The notes below the pieces were generated by a model that saw only the letters and a list, made by a program, of their open reading frames with translations, ran no database searches and had not been told where the DNA came from. A program made the position numbers and the translations under genes. From a virus (lineage: Duplodnaviria; Heunggongvirae; Uroviricota; Caudoviricetes), in IMG/VR virus record IMGVR_UViG_3300037261_000110: a stretch of DNA of 64,000 nucleotides, one strand, 5' to 3'. This document shows positions 18,271-27,596 of the stretch, piece by piece (the stretch's first letter is position 1; the number at the start of each line of letters is the position of its first letter).

Positions 18271-19302
18271 ATGCTCGCCGACGAAATCCTTGCTCCAAAT
18301 AGCCTCTCGTCAATGTTGGAGGGCTCGAAGATCGGCGCTCAGTTTCTGCGCGATTCGATTAGGCGAGCCCAGCGCTTTGAGCTGAGTGAAAATTTCACGG
18401 CGACGGTTGATTTGATTGTTACCGAGAATCCTAACGCGCTTAAGGAGGTTGACCGGGTTATCGAGTATGCCCGTCCGCCTTACGATTATTGCTGGTTTGA
18501 GTGCGCTTATGCGGATCGAAAGAAAAGTGCCGCGAGGCCAGCACCAACCGAGCCTGATCTGAAGGTGCCTAAGCGGGTTGGCGTCCTCATTCAATTGATG
18601 GACCCTGAAAACCTTTGCTATATGATGACGCTTTGCTGGTCGTTTCATCATGGTAATGAAGAAGGGTATGCGATTCAAATCGCGCCGCTTGCGCACTTTT
18701 TTGATCTAAGCGCCGGTCAGTCACCAATCGTCAAACTGCTTGCTCGGCAAAAACCAACCCGCGAGAATATTCTTCGTGAGATTCCTGATTTGACCGAAGA
18801 GGAAATTAAGCTACATATGCGGCTTTCAAGTTTCTTTGGATGGAATTCGCTCTCTCTATATTGGAGCGAGATATTGGGCGATCCAATGCAGGATCAGACA
18901 TTGGATTGGGCCGAAAGGATCGACAAGACTGCGTGGCGCAATCAGCAGCTTGCAGCCTCGCAGGGAGATTGGCTCGGCGAGCCACAGTTCTGGTTGGTGG
19001 CTCTCGCCTTTATGCAGATACGTAACGCCGTTACGCTTGACGAGCGCCCGGTGCCGGAAAAGTTGAACAAGGCTCGCCTGCGCGCGAAAAAGGAGCCACT
19101 GGTTTCCTTCACTACCTGTCGACTTTCCGAGCGTATCATGCCATCAAAGGGATTGTCGGCGGCAGCAATGCGTGCTGGCATTCGACACCACTTTGTGCGT
19201 GGACATTTTAAGGTTAGAAAGTCTGGTCTGTGGTGGTGGTCATTTTTCTGGCGTGGCAATCGCGGTCTCGGCGCCGTCTATAAGGACTACAAGGTGGAGT
19301 GA
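18271..19302 (+). CDS. Hypothetical protein (343 aa)
   Basis: Long ORF with no recognised motif. Confidence 0.6.
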   Translation: MLADEILAPNSLSSMLEGSKIGAQFLRDSIRRAQRFELSENFTATVDLIVTENPNALKEVDRVIEYARPPYDYCWFECAYADRKKSAARPAPTEPDLKVPKRVGVLIQLMDPENLCYMMTLCWSFHHGNEEGYAIQIAPLAHFFDLSAGQSPIVKLLARQKPTRENILREIPDLTEEEIKLHMRLSSFFGWNSLSLYWSEILGDPMQDQTLDWAERIDKTAWRNQQLAASQGDWLGEPQFWLVALAFMQIRNAVTLDERPVPEKLNKARLRAKKEPLVSFTTCRLSERIMPSKGLSAAAMRAGIRHHFVRGHFKVRKSGLWWWSFFWRGNRGLGAVYKDYKVE

Positions 19303-19324
19303 TCAGGAGGAAGAGGAATCCGAC

Positions 19325-19900
19325 ATGACCGACAACGTTATCGAACTGGACAAACGTCGTAAACTTACCGCCGTATTGAAAAGGCACAGTGCCGGGAGAA
19401 TTAACATCCCTGGTACTGAGCTTTTTTTCCCGCAAATTTACCGGCGGGTAGCTGTTGGTTGGACCGAGGACGATAACCATAGAGGGGTTCCCGGCCTCAG
19501 ACAGTTCATTGAATATACGCTCTCGAATGTGGACGACCATCAACATGCCAGCTCCATTTTCATGCCGATCGATCACATCGATTCGGAATGGGACGATGGC
19601 TGGCTAGTTTTACGGCATCACCTGACTGAGGAATCTTCGAGTTCTTACACGGATGCCAACATGGATTATCCTATCGATCCTTTTCCGCGTCAGACGTGTT
19701 TTCAAACCAGCGATGGCTTCTTTACGTTGGTTCATTACCCGCCGCTGCCAGAGCTACCAAATTTTTTGACGTGCTTCTACACCAGCAGCGACTATGACTG
19801 GTCGCTGGTCATTGACAAGGACGGAAAAGAGTTCACTGCGGAAATTTTGCAGCTGGTCAAGATAGAGGTTGTGCCAGACAGCTGGCTTCCTCCAAAATAA
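19325..19900 (+). CDS. Hypothetical protein
   Basis: RBS AGGAGGAAGAGGAA. Confidence 0.55.
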   Translation: MTDNVIELDKRRKLTAVLKRHSAGRINIPGTELFFPQIYRRVAVGWTEDDNHRGVPGLRQFIEYTLSNVDDHQHASSIFMPIDHIDSEWDDGWLVLRHHLTEESSSSYTDANMDYPIDPFPRQTCFQTSDGFFTLVHYPPLPELPNFLTCFYTSSDYDWSLVIDKDGKEFTAEILQLVKIEVVPDSWLPPK

Positions 19901-19999
19901 TCCATTTTTTGAGTTGACTTCATTTTCGTTTCGTTGTATGGTTCAAAAATTGAGCGAAAGTGAAAATGAACTAGCTAGGGAGGCAATCATGAAGTAATC

Positions 20000-20191
20000 A
20001 TGACGATTTCCATCAAAGAAAGCGACCCGCCCGGCAAGATTATCGTTTTCGACAACGGACTAGAAGTCCATTGCGAACTCGAATACATGGCGGCGGCTCG
20101 ATGGGTCAAGCAAGAATTTGGGCTTACGCACAACGATATGCGCAAGCTCTTCGCCGGCTACCATGAGGATTTCAAGCAGCGCTATCCATGA
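20000..20191 (+). CDS. Hypothetical protein
   Basis: 63-aa ORF. Confidence 0.4.
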   Translation: MTISIKESDPPGKIIVFDNGLEVHCELEYMAAARWVKQEFGLTHNDMRKLFAGYHEDFKQRYP

Positions 20192-20415
20192 TAGTAGATT
20201 GGAAAAATGTAGAGGACGAACCGCTGCCTGAAATCGGTCGATTTTTTGTATGGCTTGAAGAACCGTACCTGCATTGTACACATATGCAAGTTATGGTTCG
20301 TTATTCAAATCTATCATACATTGGCGGTAGTTTTGCTTTCGATTGTAGCAAGGTTCTGTATTGGTCCTACATGCCGGAAGGCCCGAATGGGCTGAAGGAT
20401 AAGGAATGGACATGA
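20188..20415 (+). CDS. Hypothetical protein
   Basis: ATGA overlap with the upstream stop. Confidence 0.4.
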   Translation: MIVDWKNVEDEPLPEIGRFFVWLEEPYLHCTHMQVMVRYSNLSYIGGSFAFDCSKVLYWSYMPEGPNGLKDKEWT

Positions 20416-20611
20416 AACCCGAGTGTGGTGCCAGCGTGCTTACCGACACCGGGCTTGGTGTCATCAATCGGGTTAGCGGAATCACGGTTACGGTCGCCGG
20501 GCATAAACGGACAGACGGGAAAGATATCCCCTGGTGCGAGTTCTATTGCTCGCACTCTTTCGAGGAACATTGGAATCGCAGTTTACATTTTTTCGACATG
20601 CGGGGTGTGAT

Positions 20612-20887
20612 ATGAAAAGTAAAGTGATCCAGCTGCCGACGAGAAAAGCAGCGGTTCAGCAATCGATCATCGAAACTCTCGAAGAGGCTTTGGATCGCGC
20701 TCGTGAAGGCGAATTTGAATCGGTCGCCGTCTCGGTGATTTATGCAGACGGTAGCAGCGGCTGCTTTACCAGCCTGTCGGATGGTTTGAGCGCCCTGATT
20801 GGTTCGACGTTTGAAACGACAGTTGCGTTGACGGCACACAAGCTTGAAAATGGTTTCAGGCTACCTGAAAGACCAAAAAAGGGGTGA
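20612..20887 (+). CDS. Hypothetical protein
   Basis: 91 aa from the internal Met. Confidence 0.4.
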   Translation: MKSKVIQLPTRKAAVQQSIIETLEEALDRAREGEFESVAVSVIYADGSSGCFTSLSDGLSALIGSTFETTVALTAHKLENGFRLPERPKKG

Positions 20888-20891
20888 CGTA

Positions 20892-21347
20892 ATGTCCTGG
20901 TCCTGGTTTTGGTTTCGCTGGCACTGGCGCGAGTTTTGGCGCTGGTTTTGGAATCAGTGGCGCGGTACAACGCCCAAACATACCGCAACCACTGTGTCAC
21001 TCACGTTTGGGCAGATAGGTGATCCTCTTATGAGCAAGATCGTTCTGAAGCTGGGTGACAAGGGCGCTACAGCGACTCTCGTGCCCAAGGATGCGCAAGG
21101 CAATCCGGCGACGCTGAATGGTGCGCCGGTATGGTCGATGGGTACGGCAGGCGTCGCCGCGATCACACCGTCAGCGGACGGTTTGTCGGCATCGTTTGTT
21201 TCGATCGCGCCCGGCGACACGACAGTCAATGCCGTCTGCGAAGGCGATCCACAGGCAGGCATTGATACCATCAACGCGACCGGCGAGATTCAGGTGCTTC
21301 CGCTCGAAGCAGCTACCGTCGACATGAACTTCGTACCGAATCCGTAA
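20892..21347 (+). CDS. Ig-like (BIG-type) domain protein with an extremely Trp-rich N-terminal segment
   Basis: RBS AAGGGGTGA; N-terminus SWSWFWFRWHWREFWRWFWNQW; the C-terminal part resembles a bacterial Ig-like domain. Confidence 0.5.
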   Translation: MSWSWFWFRWHWREFWRWFWNQWRGTTPKHTATTVSLTFGQIGDPLMSKIVLKLGDKGATATLVPKDAQGNPATLNGAPVWSMGTAGVAAITPSADGLSASFVSIAPGDTTVNAVCEGDPQAGIDTINATGEIQVLPLEAATVDMNFVPNP

Positions 21348-21427
21348 GCCGTTCGCATAGCGTCCGGCTTCCAGTAGAGCCTCGCGGCAACGTGTCTGCC
21401 GCGAGGTTTTTCTTCAGGGAGGATAAA

Positions 21428-21670
21428 ATGCCACATCATAGTGGAGACAGGCGAACGCTGCTGAAACAGCTGACGCAGCTCGCCGACGAAATGGGAGCGA
21501 TCAAGGTTGATAAGATTCGGCTTAAGGATCACGACGCGCTCGACGTGGTATTGTCGAACAAAGCGAAGTTCCGATTCATCTGCAATCCGAATCCTATGAA
21601 CCGATTGAACAATCTCCTTCAGTTCAAGCGCAAGGTTCGGGAGTTAACTATTCCAACATCTATGGCTTGA
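21428..21670 (+). CDS. Hypothetical protein
   Basis: RBS GGGAGGATAAA ATG. Confidence 0.45.
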   Translation: MPHHSGDRRTLLKQLTQLADEMGAIKVDKIRLKDHDALDVVLSNKAKFRFICNPNPMNRLNNLLQFKRKVRELTIPTSMA

Positions 21671-22017
21671 CGAAAATCCCGAGTTCGCGTACATTCTCAA
21701 ATAGACCCAACGAGCGGAAACCCAAGAAGCCCGCAAGTCATCCAGGGATAAGCCACACCAGCGGGTCGCAACGTGGCACTTTGATTGGAATTGCAATGCC
21801 TTGGACTAACGGAAAAGGAGTGGTGATTTCTGACGAAAAGGGCTGGACTCAGTTCGCGAATCAGTATGTCATCAAGCTCAAGAAATGGGGTGGCGGAGTC
21901 AAACACAGCGGTGGTGCCGGGCGTACTTCGCGTGGGTATCACGCAATAATGAGAGCGCTCGCCGATATTGGTGTGGCAGCGCGCAAGGCACAGAGGCAGA
22001 AGAAGGAAAGGAACTAG
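21667..22017 (+). CDS. Hypothetical basic, Gly-rich protein
   Basis: 116-aa ORF. Confidence 0.4.
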   Translation: MTKIPSSRTFSNRPNERKPKKPASHPGISHTSGSQRGTLIGIAMPWTNGKGVVISDEKGWTQFANQYVIKLKKWGGGVKHSGGAGRTSRGYHAIMRALADIGVAARKAQRQKKERN

Positions 22018-22028
22018 AAGAGGATCAC

Positions 22029-22133
22029 TATATCTTCGCTTTTCGTTGGCGTGGAACAGATTACTACGTCAATGAGAAATACTGTAAACCACGCGGCGCG
22101 TTTGCTTTTCGCTGGCGAGGAAAAGACTACTAC
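22029..22133. repeat. Two imperfect 33-bp direct repeats (22035..22067 and 22101..22133) that encode FAFRWRGxDYY in one frame
   Basis: Seen directly: ttcgcttttcgttggcgtggaacagattactac vs tttgcttttcgctggcgaggaaaagactactac. Confidence 0.6.
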
Positions 22134-22390
22134 TTCGAGAAAGGTCAAGGATACCGATAGCAGTTTACCGGAGCGGAGTTCCACTCAGGCATTCCCGAAA
22201 ACCAAGCTGATCACTTGGCATACCGACGCTCGTTCCGAAGTACAAGGACTCGTCGAGAGGGGATTGGATGGCGCGCGTGCAAATCGACGCCCTAAATGGA
22301 GAGTGGTTTAGTGGCCTTGTGCCTATACCGCTGTCGTGCAGGCCCAACCTGCGCCCGTTCCGGTAAGCTGCTATAAAGGAGTTTGAAATT

Positions 22391-22483
22391 ATGCGCGCTG
22401 GATGTATGATTTTTTTCGTCTGGTTGGTGGTCGTCATCGGCGCCGCCTTTGTCGTTGCTCACTTCGTCGAGAAGTTTTGGTAG
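22391..22483 (+). CDS. Hydrophobic micropeptide (30 aa, single TM helix)
   Basis: Strong RBS AAAGGAG; MRAGCMIFFVWLVVVIGAAFVVAHFVEKFW. Confidence 0.45.
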   Translation: MRAGCMIFFVWLVVVIGAAFVVAHFVEKFW

Positions 22484-22486
22484 CTA

Positions 22487-22681
22487 GTGAACCACGCTGA
22501 GTTCAGGATCGGGGAGCGGTTTCGCACCGGCGCTGGCTGGTGGCTTTGTACCGACGTAGGGACGCGGACAATCATCGCGATTCGCGATGATACTAAACAT
22601 AAACGTGATCTCTCTGGACCGCCTTACATGTTCGCTGAGCATATTTTTGACGAATACGACATCGGGGGATGCGAGAAATGA
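22487..22681 (+). CDS. Hypothetical protein
   Basis: GTG start; 64-aa ORF. Confidence 0.4.
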   Translation: MNHAEFRIGERFRTGAGWWLCTDVGTRTIIAIRDDTKHKRDLSGPPYMFAEHIFDEYDIGGCEK

Positions 22682-22968
22682 TCGGGCAGATGATGACGAT
22701 CCTGGCGCGGACGACAAATAAATCCGATATTGTTCGTGTCGATCTGCACACGCCGCCGGATGTATCCGTCCTCTCACGCATTCCTGACTTTGATTATTAT
22801 CTCGAACAGCGGTGCATCGCCTTCCATGACAAGAACGGTGGACTGTACAACTGGACGGCGACGGCAATGTGGGAAGTTGCTGCGAAGCGTAACGCTGGTT
22901 CGCTTGCCGGCACGGTCTTCGTGATCTTCGGCGACGACGAGCTGATCGACGCATTAACCATGCCGTAA
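22669..22968 (+). CDS. Hypothetical protein
   Basis: 99-aa ORF. Confidence 0.45.
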   Translation: MREMIGQMMTILARTTNKSDIVRVDLHTPPDVSVLSRIPDFDYYLEQRCIAFHDKNGGLYNWTATAMWEVAAKRNAGSLAGTVFVIFGDDELIDALTMP

Positions 22969-23005
22969 GCAGGAGCTTGCCAAGAAGCTCAAACGCGCTT
23001 ATACA

Positions 23006-23326
23006 GTGTCCATGACCGAACTCAAAGACTCTGGCTTCTGGATCGAAAAGCCTATATGGGCTGCTGACCGTCCGAAGAAGTTTTACACTTACTTCGTGGT
23101 TGGCAGGGGCATCTTTCCGCTCGACATGCTGCGTGAGCAACAGGCGTGGCCTGCGTCGAAGTCGGATGTCGTCGCGCTTGACAGCGTTGCCTACAAGTCC
23201 GATCGTACGGTTCAGCTTTGTTCCTATGCCGAGCCGTCGCGGCAGCGGTGGCTGTCGGCTGGCTGGCCTTGCACTTCACAACTAAAGGAGAAGACAAGTG
23301 GCGCCAAGAACGAAAGAACCGCCTAA
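23006..23326 (+). CDS. Hypothetical protein
   Basis: 106-aa ORF. Confidence 0.45.
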   Translation: MSMTELKDSGFWIEKPIWAADRPKKFYTYFVVGRGIFPLDMLREQQAWPASKSDVVALDSVAYKSDRTVQLCSYAEPSRQRWLSAGWPCTSQLKEKTSGAKNERTA

Positions 23327-23504
23327 GCCGATCCTGGCTGTCAAGTTCGACTTTTATGAGAGCCTGGACGCTTTTATTCAGTCGGGTATGAATCTCCTTC
23401 AAGCGGCTGAGTTCACGCTTGCGCACGGTGATCTAAAATCGCCGGTTCATGACAATCTCAAGGAGCAGGCTGACAAGTTTCGCGCGCTGCTATCGAGCGT
23501 ATAA
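23298..23504 (+). CDS. Hypothetical protein
   Basis: 68-aa ORF. Confidence 0.4.
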   Translation: MAPRTKEPPKPILAVKFDFYESLDAFIQSGMNLLQAAEFTLAHGDLKSPVHDNLKEQADKFRALLSSV

Positions 23505-23994
23505 AGGGAGACAAAGGTGGTCAACATTGAAAGCTCTCCGCCACGCGATCACGCGTGATCCGGAAACCGGTAAGTCACCCGTGATACCAGGGTTAGGGTT
23601 CAACATGTGCGACTTTGGCGCGCGGGTCGGGCATGACGACCGCTATTATCCGATCAAGGACCATCTCGACGCTTGTGGTACGGTCGCTTGCCTGGGAGGC
23701 TGGTGCTACGCCATACTGCATCCCGAGCTGGCTGACGATCAAGGAGTGATTCTTGTTCCTAGCTGTAGAGCCTACGATGGGGCAGGGCGCAAGGTTCTCC
23801 AAGAGGCAGGAGATTGGTTAGGTTTAACCAGGGAGGAAGCGCACTGGCTTTTCCAGTTCGATATGGATACAAGCAGCCAGTCACTATCGAAAGTCCCGCT
23901 TGAGAGAGCGTTGGCGGTTCTGGATCGCATAATCGAAACGGGCGAAATCATCAGAAGCTGTTGGAAAGACGCGCAGCTGGTGCTCGCCGGTTAA
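23449..23994 (+). CDS. Hypothetical Cys-containing protein; the true start is probably the internal TTG near 23528
   Basis: CGTVACLGGWCY motif; start is uncertain. Confidence 0.4.
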   Translation: MTISRSRLTSFARCYRAYKGRQRWSTLKALRHAITRDPETGKSPVIPGLGFNMCDFGARVGHDDRYYPIKDHLDACGTVACLGGWCYAILHPELADDQGVILVPSCRAYDGAGRKVLQEAGDWLGLTREEAHWLFQFDMDTSSQSLSKVPLERALAVLDRIIETGEIIRSCWKDAQLVLAG

Positions 23995-24373
23995 CTATAG
24001 CAATACATTCGGGTTGCTATTTTTCTGAGTTGGCGTACATTTCAAGCAACGAAAGGAGCCAAAGAAATGTGCAACGCATACGAGTTGATCCCTGGTCGCA
24101 ATCCCGACTCGATCTGGTGGCGGGATTGGAACGATGCGCCGGCTGAGATACCGCCGCGAGCGCAGAAGACCGCGAAGACGCGCGAGCGTGAGCGGGAGAT
24201 CACCATCCTCAACCGGGATTGGCAGCGGTCATGAGCCCGTTCGAAGAAGCTCTCGACGATCTGATCAACAAGTATCTCGGCGACATGGACGAAATCATCT
24301 CGGTCTTGGAGCTGAAGGTGATGGCGCTCAAGGAAGAGCAAAGACATGCCAATGACGGCGATCGGGAGGGCGC

Positions 24374-24835
24374 ATGAAATCGATCGGCGCTTCCAGCATG
24401 CTTGACCGGGCTATCAGCTCTTTACGAAAAACGTATGAAGGCAGAGTTTTTGCCTTCACCGTCGTTACCAATCAACAACAGCACCCGCAGTTTGCGCCCG
24501 CTGTAGCGATCCTGGGCGAGCCCGGTTATACCTGTCTATCTACCAAGCTGTATGGCGCCCATGACGACTACAAGGTCATGGCAGCGCTCGTGGACGGCGC
24601 CAACGCCAAGCTTGGCTATACGTCCGACACGGCTTTAGCAATCGTCGCCGACACCATGCATCGTTCGAACTGGAAGGCGGACCAGGAGGCGGGCATAACG
24701 TCGGTGAAAATGAGCAAAGAAGAGCTGATAGCTCTGAAGGAAGTGCTCGACGCCGCCGACAACTACGGTTCGTTGGGCATCCTCAAGCGTTATCACGAGC
24801 GGATCGACGACGCAATTGAAAGCTACGCTCTATGA
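24374..24835 (+). CDS. Hypothetical protein
   Basis: 153-aa ORF. Confidence 0.5.
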   Translation: MKSIGASSMLDRAISSLRKTYEGRVFAFTVVTNQQQHPQFAPAVAILGEPGYTCLSTKLYGAHDDYKVMAALVDGANAKLGYTSDTALAIVADTMHRSNWKADQEAGITSVKMSKEELIALKEVLDAADNYGSLGILKRYHERIDDAIESYAL

Positions 24836-25455
24836 GTGGTGATCGAAAGTTTCCGCTGGTAGGTATCAGGCGAGGCGATGACGGTCACAGTAAGGCCGCG
24901 CAAGTCTCTTGCTCGCGATGCCCCAGGAAAGGCTACATGCCGATGACCGGCAAAATGGCTCCGCCGGAAGTCGTACGGAAAAAGTTCATCGACCTTGGTT
25001 GGTGGATTGGCACACGTCATGAGAAGGGCGACGTTTGCCCTGATTGCGTCAAACTCGAAAGGTCTAACAACATGCTTTCCACTAAGAAAATAGGCGTGCC
25101 CGCGCTCGCCGCCGTGCCGCCGCGCACGATGACGCGCGAAATTCGGCGATTGATCTTCATGAAGCTCAACGAGATTTATTTGAGCGAAGAGGCGGGGTAT
25201 GGTAAGGGCTGGACCGACAAGCGCGTCGCCGAAGATATGGACTATCCCGCCGCGTGGATTGTGACCGTCCGCGAGGAGAATTTTGGTCCGCTGCGTGACA
25301 ACGAAGACCTGCGTGCGCTCCGCGAGGATATGGCGAAGCTCGAACGCGACCGGGTGGTGCTCGACGATTCCGTCAAGGCGATCGTCGCAAACCAAACGAA
25401 GCTCAACGCGCGGATTGACGATCTGCTGCGCCGGGCGAAGGAGATTGCGGCGTGA
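24832..25455 (+). CDS. Zn-ribbon-containing protein with a C-terminal coiled coil
   Basis: CSRCPRKG ... CPDC; stop overlaps the start of the downstream nucleotidyltransferase gene. Confidence 0.55.
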   Translation: MSGDRKFPLVGIRRGDDGHSKAAQVSCSRCPRKGYMPMTGKMAPPEVVRKKFIDLGWWIGTRHEKGDVCPDCVKLERSNNMLSTKKIGVPALAAVPPRTMTREIRRLIFMKLNEIYLSEEAGYGKGWTDKRVAEDMDYPAAWIVTVREENFGPLRDNEDLRALREDMAKLERDRVVLDDSVKAIVANQTKLNARIDDLLRRAKEIAA

Positions 25456-26066
25456 AAATCGACAAAGAGATCGCCGGCTACCCGATGAAACCGGTTAGGA
25501 ACTTCCTCAAGTGGATGGCTCTCCGCCAAAATGGAGTGCTCCTGGAAGATGCCAAAGTCGAAGCCAAAGCTCATGGAGTTGCGGTATCACGACTGATGTC
25601 TGCCGGACTGGTTACAAAAGAAAAGCACTTATATCATGCAACCGATCTTGGCATCCGCATCGCTCGTACCCTTTTAATTAAACGATTCAATCGAGCCACG
25701 GCAACACGGCTGATACGGGAGCTACTTGATCGGGCCGAGCAAATCAACGCTGATCCTAAGCTGGCGCATTTTATCAAGGAAATTCGTTTGTTCGGGAGCG
25801 TGCTCAATAATTCGACTGCCGATGACTATGGTGACATTGATTTGGCACTTATCCTAGAGCGTAAAACAAACTGGAAGGAAATTCTTAAAGCGGAATACGG
25901 TCGTCGGATTACCTGGACCGTCGATGACTATATACATGACCGTAAAAAAGTTCAAAGCCTTTTGAAAAATCGCGATGGACGCTTCTCATTTACCGATCCG
26001 GAAAATTTGAAAGATATTTTTACGAACAACGTGCAGCTCTATCCAGTTTGTGAGATTGAGTTGTGA
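25452..26066 (+). CDS. Winged-HTH plus Pol-beta-superfamily nucleotidyltransferase domain protein
   Basis: NTase signature FGSVLNNSTADDYGDIDLALIL (GS...DxD); N-terminal wHTH-like RQNGVLLEDAKVEAKAHGVAVSRLMSAGLV. Confidence 0.6.
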   Translation: MKIDKEIAGYPMKPVRNFLKWMALRQNGVLLEDAKVEAKAHGVAVSRLMSAGLVTKEKHLYHATDLGIRIARTLLIKRFNRATATRLIRELLDRAEQINADPKLAHFIKEIRLFGSVLNNSTADDYGDIDLALILERKTNWKEILKAEYGRRITWTVDDYIHDRKKVQSLLKNRDGRFSFTDPENLKDIFTNNVQLYPVCEIEL

Positions 26067-26293
26067 GTGACACCTTCACCCTGATCGTGGACGTGAAGCA
26101 GCGGCGTCCAGGCTGCGCTTTGATCCAGGCTGTCGGCGGTGACACCATGCTCCTCAAGCAGCTGTTCGACGCAGAGAGCTGGCTTGTAGCGCCGACGCCG
26201 GATATGTACAGTGTGACCGGCACGTTGGAACAATGGGAGGACTTCGCGGCCGAGTGCCGGCAGCGCTTCCCGCTGCCGAGGTTAAAGCCATGA
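26063..26293 (+). CDS. Hypothetical protein
   Basis: GTG/ATG overlap; 76 aa. Confidence 0.4.
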   Translation: MSDTFTLIVDVKQRRPGCALIQAVGGDTMLLKQLFDAESWLVAPTPDMYSVTGTLEQWEDFAAECRQRFPLPRLKP

Positions 26294-26490
26294 GAATCGA
26301 TATCCATGTTGTTGAGGATACTGATCGTCACACTCGGCAGGCGCTTGCCGATGCGCAGGAAGCCATGTTGGTGGACGACTACAGCAAGGCTCTCGCCATG
26401 TTGCGGATCGCGCTGGCGTGGGCTGATGTAGAACGCCCGTCTGCCCGGACCTATATCATGTGGATGATAGACGGTACGCGGCCTCCATGA
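26290..26490 (+). CDS. Hypothetical protein
   Basis: ATGA overlap with the upstream stop. Confidence 0.4.
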   Translation: MRIDIHVVEDTDRHTRQALADAQEAMLVDDYSKALAMLRIALAWADVERPSARTYIMWMIDGTRPP

Positions 26491-26535
26491 GCTTTTTTAC
26501 TTGACAACACCAAGAAAATATGGAACATAGAAAAA

Positions 26536-26781
26536 ATGGCACAAGTTCCGAAAAATCAATCTGGCGTCCCTCTCAAGTGGAAGGACCATTTTCCGCTAGG
26601 CTTCATCACGAAGCCAGCTGGCGGCGCCGGACAAGGCTACAAGTCGAAGCGCACCTTGCTCTACGATCGCATGGGCAACCTTCTTGGCGAGTTCGATAGC
26701 CGCGTCGCGGCGGAAGCCGAAGCCGAACGTTACCGCAAGGACCCTGATTTGCTTGCAACGAAAGGAGGGAAGACAAAATGA
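26536..26781 (+). CDS. Hypothetical protein
   Basis: 81-aa ORF. Confidence 0.45.
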   Translation: MAQVPKNQSGVPLKWKDHFPLGFITKPAGGAGQGYKSKRTLLYDRMGNLLGEFDSRVAAEAEAERYRKDPDLLATKGGKTK

Positions 26782-27044
26782 GTCGCCGTCAAGATGCCAT
26801 AGCCCACGCCCTGAAGACAGCTAGCATTCAGACAGGTGCTTTCGGTCGTGTGAAAGCGCTTAGTAATGCCCTTGTCCTGAAGTCACGAATGCCGGAGCGC
26901 TATCGAGATGACGCTGAGCAGCTTGTCGGGCTGCTGAGCGAGTTCGAGGATCGTCCTGGCTCTTACATGCTCTCGGCGCACGCCGATCTGCACAAGAAGT
27001 CCCGGCAACTGTTTCAGCGCTTACTGAGGACGGAGCATCCATGA
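26778..27044 (+). CDS. Hypothetical protein
   Basis: Start/stop overlap. Confidence 0.45.
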   Translation: MSRRQDAIAHALKTASIQTGAFGRVKALSNALVLKSRMPERYRDDAEQLVGLLSEFEDRPGSYMLSAHADLHKKSRQLFQRLLRTEHP

Positions 27045-27259
27045 AGATGTCCGATGTGCGCGTTGGAATGCGCCTACGCAGCACTCTCGGCAATAGTCCA
27101 TTTACGCCGATAACCGTAACCGCGCTTACTGAGCGCGGCTTCGAATATCGGTTCGACGAGCCGGTGGCGCTCGTGCCACGTTTAGGCATCATCTATCCGA
27201 CCGAAGGGCACGAGCACTTCGGCCTGGACGGCGAGGCGTTCTATGAAGTTTTGGAATGA
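27041..27259 (+). CDS. Hypothetical protein
   Basis: Start/stop overlap. Confidence 0.45.
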   Translation: MKMSDVRVGMRLRSTLGNSPFTPITVTALTERGFEYRFDEPVALVPRLGIIYPTEGHEHFGLDGEAFYEVLE

Positions 27260-27265
27260 ACTGAT

Positions 27266-27415
27266 ATGGACACCAGATATGCGGATGCGATAGTAGTCTT
27301 CGAAGAGGCGGTATCAAGCGCATGCGAGAAGGCTAATCGGGCAGGCGTCACCGATAAAGAGCTTGTGGAAGAACTGCGACGCCTTGCGAGTGCTCTTGAG
27401 AAGGAACTAAAATGA
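27266..27415 (+). CDS. Small hypothetical protein (49 aa)
   Basis: ATGA coupling with the downstream gene. Confidence 0.35.
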   Translation: MDTRYADAIVVFEEAVSSACEKANRAGVTDKELVEELRRLASALEKELK

Positions 27416-27591
27416 ACACCTATGACGCATTCTTGAATTGGGCGGTCAAGGAAATCCCGGTCGACGACATGGGTGCTCTTCGCGGTGCCTGTCAGGCAGC
27501 TGCCTTTATTTTCCGAAGGAATCCTGGACAGGTCCAGAACGACGTGCGCGAGCGCCGTGCTCGTCTTTTGTCGGGTGTCCATGCCAGCTGA
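27412..27591 (+). CDS. Small hypothetical protein (59 aa)
   Basis: ATGA overlap with the upstream stop. Confidence 0.35.
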   Translation: MNTYDAFLNWAVKEIPVDDMGALRGACQAAAFIFRRNPGQVQNDVRERRARLLSGVHAS

Positions 27592-27596
27592 GTGTC

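Noticed and set aside
22484-23140. 218-aa minus-strand ORF
   Set aside because: It is antisense to a run of well-supported plus-strand genes (22487..22968). The protein is Arg/Ser-rich and low-complexity, typical of a spurious reverse-strand frame in GC-rich DNA. Other antisense ORFs were rejected for the same reason: 24823..25395, 31629..31943, 51056..51691, 51698..52303, 52830..53225, 18310..18696 and 17371..17805.
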